64,000 nt of DNA from Phyllobates terribilis (taxonomy: Eukaryota): contig NW_027362772.1 in the NCBI RefSeq assembly GCF_046119375.1, forward strand, positions 14,136,001 to 14,200,000. The letters run 5' to 3'. A program made the position numbers and the translations under genes. Shown here piece by piece: positions 25,589 through 35,643 of the stretch; the first letter of the stretch is position 1, and every line of letters begins with the position of its first letter. Below the pieces are notes generated by a model, which made no database searches, was not told the origin of the DNA, and was given only the letters and a program-made list of their open reading frames with translations.

Positions 25589-26917
25589 TGTAGCGCCCCG
25601 AGGGCTCGGCTGCTACAGGGGTATTGCACCTCTGCCAGAGGTGTGATATTCCACTCCCGGGTAAGGATGGAGTATGGACCAGGGCTCAGGTAGCTGCACA
25701 CAGCACACACACCCCATTTCCGGGGTGACAGCTCAACAGTGCTCCCATTAGACAGTAATGCAGGCACGACAGACCATGTCCCTGGCTGGAGTGGGGAGGG
25801 GGAGGAAAACCCAGTGATGTAGGAGCAGGAGGGGACGGTTCCTGAGCGTAGGTAGGAGCTCATTGGTTGCTGGTCACCTGGGCTCATGTTCTAGAGGGAA
25901 GTATAAAAGGTGGGCACCATCTTAGAGTCAGTGCAGTCTGTGGAGTCTGTTCAGTCTGTTCGGTGGAGAACGCAGAGGGGAAGACAGGGGGCCCAGGCTC
26001 TGTAGGAGCTCTGCTCAGAGGCAGGCCTAGAGAAAAGGCCGGGGCCTGAGAGGAGAAGGAACAGAGGAGAAGAGAAGGAACAGAGGAGAAGAGAAGGAAC
26101 AGAGGAGACGAGAAGGAACAGGAAAGGGAAAGAAGTGGCCGAGAAACAGAAGGGCTCAGGAACAAGAAGGTGGAAGGGACCCTAAGAGCCCATGAGAATA
26201 CCAGGGGGAAGGGTCAGGCAGATTAAGGGTGCCGGATCCCAAGTTGGTGGAGGAGAAACTACCCTCAGCCAAAGACCGGAGGTCGTGATCATTTATTGGT
26301 GCGACACCTCACCAAACCTGCTAGGAAGGCACCATACAGGACAGCGGGGAACGGGGCCCACGTTTACCCGCGCAGATCCGCGGCAGCTGGACAGAAGTTG
26401 GTCACTGGTGGGGAAGGCCAGAGAAAGGATAGAAGGGGGTCCTGTGCCATATTCCTGAACTGCCTGGGGGTTGACCGAGCCCCTCACCTGGCGGACACAG
26501 CACGGCTCGGGCAGTCACTACCGGTACCGAAGTGGCTTGGAGTATACGAACAGTGAGTAAAAGACCCTGGACTGCAACATGTTGTCTTTGTGCTTTTTAC
26601 TTCGCCAGCACTAACGGTACTGGGACGCCCCGCACTACAATCCCCACCATCCACGCTCACTGCCCTGGGGCTGCACTCTTCCCGTGGGGAGTCACACTAC
26701 CTCAGCTGCACGCACCATCAGCCTCAGAGGACTGCCTTGCAGCGGCGGTTCATAATAGCCGCAATCCACGGGTGGCGTAGTCGGACATTACCTAAAACAT
26801 ATAAAAGACTGCCACTGGTCTGACCACCCTGAGCCACGGGACCAGGTCGCCACTACTACTCCCAGCATTGCCCTGAAGCCCGGTCCCGAGTGCCCCACGG
26901 CCCAAGGGGGCGAGTCA
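25589..26917 (+). mobile_element. Solo LTR (1329 bp) inserted in the Tc1 transposase
   Basis: Termini TGTAGCGCCCC...GGGGCGAGTCA; 4-bp TSD GATG at 25585-25588 and 26918-26921; TATAAAA at 25902; AGTAAA near 26556. Removing it restores the Tc1 reading frame. Confidence 0.85.
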
Positions 26918-27765
26918 GATGGAGCGAGACATGATGTCCCATATGTGCTCAATCGGATTCAGGTCTGGGGAACGGGCGGGCCAGTCCATAGCTTCAATGC
27001 ATTCATCTTGCAGGAACTGCTGACACACTCCAGCCACATGAGGTCTGGCATTGTCCTGCATTAGGAGGAACCCAGGGCCAACCGCACCAGCATATGGGCT
27101 CACAAGGGGTCTGAGGATCTCATCTCGGTACCTAATGGCAGTCAGGCTACCTCTGGCGAGCACATGGAGGGCTGTGCGGCCCTCCAAAGAAATGCCACCC
27201 CACACCATTACTGACCCACTGCCAAACCGGTCATGCTGAAGGATGTTGCAGGCAGCAGATCGCTCTCCACGGTGTCTCCAGACTCTGTCACGTCTGTCAC
27301 ATGTGCTCAGTGTGAACCTGCTTTCATATGTGAAGAGCACAGGGCGCCAGTCGCGACTTTGCCAATCCTGGTGTTCTGTGGCAAATGCCAAGCGTCCTGC
27401 ACGGTGTTGCGCTGTGAGCACAACCCTCATCTGTGGACGTCGGACCCTCATACCACCTGCATGCAGTCGGTTTCTAACCGTTTGTGCAGACACATGCACA
27501 TTTATGGCCTGCTGGAGGTCATTTTGCAGGGCTCTGGCAGTGCTCCTCCTGTTCCTCCTTGCACAAAGGTGGAGGTAGCGGTCCTGCTGCTGGGTTGTTG
27601 CCCTCCTACGGCCCCCTCCACATCTCCTGGTGTACTGGCCTGTCTCCTGGTAGCGCCTCCAGCCTCTGGACACTACGCTGACAGACACAGCAAACCTTCT
27701 TGCCACAGCTCGCATTGATGTGCCATCCTGGATGAGCTGCACTACCTGAGCAACTTCTGTGGGTT
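26918..27765 (-). pseudogene. Tc1 transposase central segment (HTH and DD34E)
   Basis: ORF 26915-27742: [10 protein letters not shown] (first catalytic D changed to Y), [18 protein letters not shown]. Confidence 0.92.
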
Positions 27766-27836
27766 AGTAAATAATCTACAACATGGAAAAATGACTTATT
27801 AATCCACATAATAGGGACTACCGAAGTAATATATAA

Positions 27837-29011
27837 TTAAAGACCAAAAGAGCACAAAAAACTTCGAAAAACGTCCCAGATTATGGAAGTACAAACTCTT
27901 TATTGAAGGAAAATTGGATGGAAACAATACGGATCACTCAGAGACAAAAAATTAAAAAACAATGGAAGAGCAAGTAGACGAGGACCAAATTGAATATATT
28001 GCCCCATGAAAATCAATTATATATAAATACAATGAGGGCACTCACAAAACAAATCATGAAATGGTGGCTCACATATCTATCCCATTGGATAGGCCCCACA
28101 ATGGGAGCAAGTTAAATACACTGCCCCATAAGTATCAGCTATATAGAAGTACAATAAGGTCACTAACAAAAACAATCATGAGGAAGTGGCTAACGTGTCT
28201 GTCACATTGAATAAACCCCACGATGGGAGACTGTGTATAACATGACGAGATCCCATACTTACAACAGCTGTAATGAAGACACAGCGCCTCGCTCCTGCTC
28301 TGCCCTACGCGCGTTTCGGCTTAGCTTGCCTTCGTCATGGGGTGGTGAGCAGAGGGGGTGAGAGGGTTTAAAAGGCCAAGACGGCCAATGATATGTGAGG
28401 GTGTGTGCGTCGTCAGCCAATCAATGCGGGGAGGGCGTGGCGCAACGCATGTCCATCACCACCCTACCGCCACATCCACGGCAACCGCGTCATGCGATCC
28501 CCGACATCACGGTCACGTGGGTAACACGTGACCGTGCGTCAAAGACCACATAATGATACGGCCAGCGAGGAAGCGACGGCAGGCAGCGAGGACATGCGTA
28601 CCGCCTGCCCCACATCTATGGACACAACAAGTAACCAATAATAATGAGAAAAAGGCGTTCCTATCTGGTAGCCTGAAATAACTCTCTTGCTATGCTATGT
28701 TATGAAAGGCACGATAAAAAGTAAAAATACAATGTAATTAGCTGGAGAGGGATAGACCTTACATAGCAATATTAAATCAATACTGGACACAAATGGTGTA
28801 ATTATAACAAAGAATTACATCATAGCCCCAAGGTGGATCACAAAAATAAATCAGTCAACTGATATCCATCAGTTCCATAGATCGCCTATGTGTAAAAATC
28901 TAGACATCTACAATATAGCCCAATTATTATAATTAGGCAGAATTTTACACATCAGGCAGCAAGTTTATTATAAAGAGAAAATGTCCATTGTGTCTGAAAA
29001 GGCTAAAAAAT
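27837..29011 (-). repeat. Left inverted pseudo-LTR of the PLE
   Basis: Reverse complement of 32989-34162; 8 mismatches counted in the outer ~320 bp. Confidence 0.93.
28303..28341 (-). ncRNA. Minimal type I hammerhead ribozyme with a core mutation (C3A)
   Basis: Minus strand reads CCC ATGACGA A GGC AAGCTAA GCC GAAA CGCGC GTA GGG. Identical to the right copy except C>A at 28338. Confidence 0.7.
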
Positions 29012-29037
29012 TATCCGGTTGTGGCAACTATCTAGAG

Positions 29038-31026
29038 CAGGGGTCTCAAACACGCGGCCCGCGGGCACAGACCCCTTGATGATCCCGACCTGGTCCAGGA
29101 GGAGCCGCCGACAGCAGCGCTGCATTGCCGCACAGAGACCGTCTCCCAGCACTGCATTTCCAATGTCAGCTGCCGGCCAATCAGAGGCCAGCAGCTGATA
29201 TCTGCGTGTCGGCGCAGCGAGTATGACGTCATTGCCATACGCAGATGTCAGCTGCTGGCCTCTGATTGGCCGGCGGCTGGCATTGGAAATGCTGTGCTGG
29301 GAAACAGTCTCTGTGCGGCAATGCAGCGCTGCTATCGGCGGCTCCTCCTGGACCAGGTCGGGATCGTCAAGGGGTCGGACTCTGTGGTGCCTGCGGGCCA
29401 CATCTGCAGGAAGGACGCCGAGGGAACGGAGGACAGGTGAGAATCATCTTTTTTTTTCTATTTTATGTGTGTGAAGAACAGGGGGCACATAGCCACAAGA
29501 GGGGACCTGGATGGGGCACATAGCCACAAGATGGGGACCTGGATGGGGCACATAGCCACAAGAGGGGACCTGGATGGGGCACATAGCCACAAGATGGGGA
29601 CCTGGATGGGGCACATAGCCACAAGATGGGGACCTGGATGGGGCACATAGCCTCAAGATGGGGACCTGGATGGGGAACATAGCCACAAGATGGGGATCTG
29701 GATGGGGCACATAGCCACAAGAGGGGACCTGGATGGGGCACATAGCCACAAGATGGGGATCTGGATGGGGCAGAATGGGATCTGGATGGGGCACATAGCC
29801 ACAAGAGGGGACCTGGATGGGGCACATAGCCACAAGATGGGGATCTGGATGGGGCACATAGCCACAAGAGGGGGACCTGGATGGGGCACATAGCCACAAG
29901 ATGGGGACCTGGATGGGGCACATAGCCACAAGATGGGGACCTGGATGGGGCACATAGCCCCAAGATGGGGACCTGGATGGGGCACATAGCCACAAGATGG
30001 GGACCTGGATGGGGCACATAGCCACAAGATGGGGATCTGGATGGGGCACATAGCCACAAGATGGGGATCTGGATGGGGCACATAGCCACAAGAGGGGACC
30101 TGGATGGGGCACATAGCCACAAGATGGGGATCTGGATGGGGCACATAGCCACAAGAGGGGACCTGGATGGGGCACATAGCCACAAGATGGGGATCTGGAT
30201 GGGGCACATAGCCACAAGATGGGGACCTGGATGAGGCACATTAGTACAAGATGGGGGCCAGGATGGGGAACATTGCCACAAGATGGGGACCTGGATGGGG
30301 CACATAGCCACAAGATGGGGACCTGGATGGGGAACATTGCCACAGGATGGGGACCTGGATGGGACACATAGCCACAAGATGGGGATCTGGATGGGGCAAA
30401 TAGCCACAGGATGGGGACCTGGATGGGGTACATAGCCACAAGATGGGGACCTGGGTGGGGCACATAGCCACAAGATGGGGATGTGGATGGGGCAAATAGC
30501 CACAGGATGGGGACCTGGATGGGGTACATAGCCACAAGATGGAGACCTGGATGGGGCACATAGCCACAAGATGGAGACCTGGATGGGGCACATAGCCACA
30601 AGATGGGGACCTGGATGAGGCACATTAGTACAAGATGGGGACTTGGATGGGGAACATTACTACAAGATGTTTGCCATTATTACTATATGATGCTAATTGT
30701 AAGACAATATTACTGAATGTGGCCAATTGGGGGAAACAAAATTGTAAAAATCAAAAAAATAAAAATAAAGCATGAAAAAATATTGGCCACTAAAAATGCT
30801 GTTTTATATGTAAACTAAAGTAAACACAAAAAAGTGCACATTTATTATCGTCACATCCATAACGACCCAAGCCATAAAAAAATAAACACGGAAAAAATGA
30901 TCAAAAGGTGTAGTCAAAAAAAAAATGGTATCACTAAAAATGTCACATTGAACAAAGAATGCGGCCCCCCAAATTCAAATTTTTTCCATGTGCGGCCCAT
31001 ATACCCAGCCGAGTTTGAGACCCCTG
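29038..31026. mobile_element. Non-autonomous hAT (Charlie-type) element inserted in the PLE RT
   Basis: TIRs CAGGGGTCTCAAAC / GTTTGAGACCCCTG; perfect 8-bp TSD ATCTAGAG at 29030-29037 and 31027-31034. Confidence 0.93.
29482..30662. repeat. 31-32 bp minisatellite inside the hAT element
   Basis: Unit GGGCACATAGCCACAAGATGGGGACCTGGATG; tagccacaag at 29490, 29521 and 29553. Confidence 0.95.
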
Positions 31027-32988
31027 ATCTAGAGAATACTGGTAAATTCATTGACACCAAATTACAGCCACTTGTCGAATGCCTCCCATCCTTCATTAAA
31101 GATACGGGGGATTTCCTTAGGAAAATTGATGAACTCTACATAGGGCTGGATACATTATTAGTCACTTGTGACGTCGAGTCGCTCTATACTAATATGCGTC
31201 ATGTTGACGGGGTTGGAGCTACTCGCTTTTTTCTGCAATCAGCTAACCATTCAAATAATATGATCTCTTTCATCTTGGATCTGTTGGAATTTAGCCTTTC
31301 TCATAACTTTTTTGTGTTCAAAGGGTCGTATTTCCTGCAGCTCCAGGGAACAGCAATGGAGGCACCTTTCGCCCCGTCCTACGCCAACCTGTTCCTGGGG
31401 CTGTGGGAAAGAGACCTTTTCCAGTCAGATCGGTTGTCATCGATGGACCGCGTCCTCTTCTGGACGCGGTACATTGATGACATCTTTCTGATCTGTCAGG
31501 GCTCCCCAGAAACTTTGAAATCCTTCATGTGGGAACAATTATAACATTCATTTGACCTATCAGGCCAACTCCTCAAGCATTGAGTTCCTTGATGTAAGAA
31601 TCATGCGGGATGAGAGAGATACGCTCCAGAGTACGGTTTATCGCAAACCATCCGCGGTAAATTCTCTCTTACATGCATCATCTGCACATCCCAGACATAT
31701 GATAAACGCTGTCCCCATAGGGCAATTCTTACGATTAAGACGACTATGTTCATCTGAAACTGAATTCCTGACACAGTCACAAAATCTTGTGACTAGATTC
31801 AGGGAAAGAGGTTATAGTCACCGCGCTTTAAAGAGGGCCTTCCATCGTGCTAAAAATACTAAGCGCCATGATTCCCTATACACGGTTAAACCAGTTAAGG
31901 ACAGCAACATCATACGTTTCATTACTACATTAATTCGGGGGCATCAAAAGTCCGTGATAGCCATACTAAATCATGGCCAATTCTGTTGGCAGATCCTGTC
32001 TTGTCCAATTATTTACCACCTAAACCACAAATCACCTTTAGGAAGGCCAAAAACCTTCGTGATCATCTCACGAGAAGTCATTATCAATATAATATCCCTC
32101 CTAATTTTTTGAGCAGGTCTACACCAGTTAATGGCTGTTCACCATGTGGTAAATGTTTAGCCTGTCCAAATGTTGAACACACTGATTCATTTGTAGACTC
32201 AAAAGGATCTAAGACCTACTCTATTACTAAATCAATTACCTGTGCTTCCAAAGGAGTAGTGTATTATGCAACATGACCTTGTCCAAAAATTTACATTGGA
32301 CTTACTACTAGACAACTGAAAATTAGAGTACGTGAACACGTACTGGGTGGCAGAGACTGACATCTCTTTATTAAAAACATTGCCGAAACACTTTAAACTG
32401 CATCATGGATGCGACGCATCAAAATTTAAAGTTCGCGGCATAGATATGATCACCAATAATATTAGGGGGGGTAATGTGAGTCAAAGGTTGGCCCAAAAGG
32501 AGAGCCGATGGATCTGGGTACTTAAGACCCTACATCCATCAGGCCTAAATGAGAATATTAGCTATGTGCCATTGCTCTGATCGCTTTTCTACCATTTTAA
32601 ATACGATTTTATGTGGTGTTCTGGGTTTCTTTTTCTAATATTTGTTTTTCCGTTTTAGTTTTCTTCGGCTGAGGTAACCTTTTCCTATTCTTCATCGACA
32701 TTATCTGAAGATATACCTACGGTGGAGTGTGGATTTCATCATACATGCATGTTGATGGTTACATATATATGTACTGGAGTTGTATTTTTCTACATATATG
32801 TGTATAGGCTTTTCTGCCATATGATGCTATGTGACTCTTGTCCCCTGGGATGTGACTTTAATTACTTTAATTACATCTATATTTGATCTATTTATATATT
32901 TTTTTATCCATCAGTTCCATTTATTTTCTATTGATTTTACTATATTAATGATCAATGTCCTTGTGTTGCAGTATAATTTAACATGCTC

Positions 32989-34162
32989 ATTTTTTAGCCT
33001 TTTCAGACACAATGGAGATTTTCTCTTTATAATAAACTTGCTGCCTGATGTGTTAAATTCTGCCTAATTATAATAATGGGGCTATATTGTAGATGTCTAG
33101 ATTTTTACACATAGGCGATCTATGGAACTGATGGATATCAGTTGACTGATTTATTTTTGTGATCCACCTTGGGGCTATGATGTAATTCTTTGTTATAATT
33201 ACACCATTTGTGTCCAGTATTGATTTAATATTGCTATGTAAGGTCTATCCCTCTCCAGCTAATTACATTGTATTTTTACTTTTTATCGTGCCTTTCATAA
33301 CATAGCATAGCAAGAGAGTTATTTCAGGCTACCAGATAGGAACGCCTTTTTCTCATTATTATTGGTTACTTGTTGTGTCCATAGATGTGGGGCGGGTGGT
33401 ACGCATGTCCTCGCTGCCTGCCGTCGCTTCCTCGCTGACCGTATCTTTATGTGGTCTTTGACGCGCGGTCACGTGTTACCCACGTGACCGTGATGTCGGG
33501 GATCGCATGACGCGGTTGCCGTGGATGCGGCGGTAGGGCGGTGATGGACATGCGTCGCGCCACGCCCTCCCCGCATTGATTGGCTGACGACGCACACACC
33601 CTCACATATCATTGGCCGTCTTGGCCTTTTAAACCCTCTCACCCCCTCTGCTCACCACCCCCTGACGAAGGCAAGCTAAGCCGAAACGCGCGTAGGGCAG
33701 AGCAGGAGCGAGGCGCTGTGTCTTCATTACAGCTGTTGTAAGTTTGGGATCTCGTCATATTATACACAGTCTCCCATCGTGGGGTTTATTCAATGTGACA
33801 GACACGTTAGCCACTTCCTCATGATTGTTTTTGTTAGTGACCTTATTGTACTTCTATATAACTGATACTTATGGGGCAGTGTATTTAACTTTCTCCCATT
33901 GTGGGGCCTATCCAATGGGATAGATATGTGAGCCACCATTTCATGATTTGTTTTGTGAGTGCCCTCATTGTATTTATATATAATTGATTTTCATGGGGCA
34001 ATATATTCAATTTTGTCCTCGTCTCCTTGTTCTTCCATTGTTTTTAATTTTTTGTCTCTGAGTGATCCATATTGTTTCCATCCAATTTTCCTTCAATAAA
34101 GAGTTTGCACTTCCATAATCTGGGACGTTTTTCAAAGTTTTTTGTGCTCTTTTGGTCTTTAA
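32989..34162 (+). repeat. Right pseudo-LTR of the PLE
   Basis: Follows the ORF stop (32580) and a unique 3' segment; contains a CpG-rich promoter-like region and a hammerhead. Confidence 0.93.
33659..33697 (+). ncRNA. Minimal type I hammerhead ribozyme with intact core
   Basis: CCC-CTGACGA-A-GGC(AAGCTAA)GCC-GAAA-CGCGC-GTA-GGG: stem I CCC/GGG, core CUGACGA, stem II GGC/GCC, GAAA, palindrome ACGCGCGT (33686-33693). Predicted cleavage after A33694. Confidence 0.85.
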
Positions 34163-34510
34163 CTTCTGTGGGTTGTAGAGTCTGTCTCATGCTACCACGA
34201 GTGTGAAAGCACAACCAACATTCAAAAGTGACCAAAACATCAGCCAGAAAGCATTGGTACTGAGATGTGGTCTGTGGTCCCCACCTGCAGAACCACTCCT
34301 TTATTGAGGGGTTCTTGATAATTGCCAATAATTTCCATCTATTGTCTGTTCCATTTGCACAACAGCATGTGACATTGATTGTCAATCAGTGTTGCTTCCT
34401 AAGTGGACAGTTTGATTTCACAGAAGTTTGATTTACTTGGAGTTATAGACATCATAATACAAATCAGTAAATAAATAGGGAGGATTTTAGCAGATATAAA
34501 TACCCTGAAG

Positions 34511-34548
34511 CTCCAACGTATGTTTCGCCATGTGGCTTTCTCAAGGAG
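34511..34548 (-). ncRNA. Degenerate hammerhead ribozyme relic
   Basis: Minus strand reads CTCC TTGAGAAA GCC ACAT GGC GAAA CATACG TT GGAG. Stems I and II and GAAA are intact; the core has two changes. Confidence 0.55.
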
Positions 34549-35602
34549 TTATACACCGGAGGCAAGGGGGCAGGATGTTATATATTGGGGTGAGGTAGCT
34601 GGAGGTTATACATAGGAAGGAGGGTGGACCCGGGGCCGGAGGTTATACACTAGGGGTGAGGGGGCTGAATGTTATATACTGGGGAGATGGGGGACCAGGG
34701 GCTGAAGGTTACATACCAGGGGTGAGGGGGCTGGATGTTATATACTGGGGGGGAGGGGACCAGAGTTCATATAGCCGAGGGCAATGGAACTGAAGGAAAA
34801 AGCGAGATCCCGTGATTGAGGCGGTGTCCAGTACTTTTCTCCCTGCATTATATGAGGACGAGCAGATGCTTCATCATCATCACAATGAATATTCAGGAAT
34901 CGACATTTCAGGGCAGGTGACCCCCATGATATCTGCGCTCCTGGTCCTCAATGCTGAGTGACGGGTGGAGATGGAGCTCGAGTTCAGCTTTAATCAGTGA
35001 TGAATTGTCACACACATTTCCATATAATTTCTGCGCTGCCATCATCTACCATAGCAGAAACAGAAGAGCTTGCAATCTATCCACAAATATCACACAGTTG
35101 GTAAATGGGATAGTTGTGAGCTCCGTATTAGTGAGGCAGCTCAATTTCAGGCAGCTGCTGCAAAAGCCAAATCACAAGTTATACTGCAACTTAAATATAA
35201 GGCACAGTGAGGACACCCAGGGTGGGCTGCGGGGTCAGTGCAGCCCTGAGGAAGCGTTTAGGGTCCAGGATACCCTCTGTCTCCCCCAGACATCAGTGAA
35301 TGAGATATTCAATTATGACGTATCCTTCATCTATGGTCGAATATTGTAGTCACCGCAATGTAAATCCCCTGCGCCCCTGTGTCCTCTGTAGGACACCATT
35401 ACCAGGTTGACCTTAGCCTCCCTTCTAGTATCTATCCGATGGTAATAAAAGCGGTGGATATTTTCAGAGCTTAACGTCCACTTGGAAACTTATTATAACT
35501 CAAGGTCTGTTATAATCTGGTCTGTGAATATTCTGGATGGTGGGAACGACCCCAGATACAGGGCGCAGGTCGGCTGTGCAAACACGAGATAATACACCTC
35601 CA

Positions 35603-35610
35603 TATATATA
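35603..35610 (+). promoter_or_regulatory. TATA box of the CELA2A-like gene
   Basis: TATATATA starting 41 bp upstream of the ATG at 35644. Confidence 0.65.
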
Positions 35611-35643
35611 CGAGCTGCAAGACTGAACGTATCACTCTCCAAG

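Larger units (their letters stand above)
29011..32580 (+). pseudogene. 5'-truncated PLE ORF: reverse transcriptase plus GIY-YIG endonuclease
   Basis: LSGCGNYLE|NTGKFIDTKLQP reads in frame across the hAT insertion. DVESLYTN, GTAMEAPFAPSYANLF, WTRYIDDIF, EFLDV, linker CGKCLAC, VVYYAT*PCPKIYIGLTTRQLKIRVREH, ...GLNE. Frameshifts near 31530, 31950 and 32350; stop at 32274. Confidence 0.92.
27766..34160 (+). mobile_element. Penelope-like retroelement (probably Neptune type) with inverted 1.17-kb terminal repeats
   Basis: Flanked by (AA)CTTCTGTGGGTT at 27752-27765 and 34161-34174. Inverted repeats 27837-29011 and 32989-34162. RT plus GIY-YIG ORF; hammerhead motifs in the repeats. The clade call rests on the CxxCxxC linker and is inference. 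Confidence 0.9.
24463..34446 (-). mobile_element. Tc1-like transposon (about 1.5 kb native) split into three pieces by a solo LTR and a PLE
   Basis: Pieces 24463-25588, 26918-27765 and 34161-34446 join into one Tc1. Transposase ATG at 34190 (MRQTLQPTEV), continuing [10 protein letters not shown]...[11 protein letters not shown] and ...QETIRNLIRSMPRHCREVI. Outer TIR ends are eroded. Confidence 0.9.

Noticed and set aside
29444-30625. 393-aa and 386-aa Pro/Cys/His-rich ORFs on -
   Set aside because: Read through the 31-32 bp minisatellite inside a hAT MITE; no domain content.
30834-31034. Apparent N-terminus (MHIYYRH...) of the 236-aa RT ORF
   Set aside because: Chance open frame in the hAT MITE end. 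The real upstream RT sequence is at 29011-29037.
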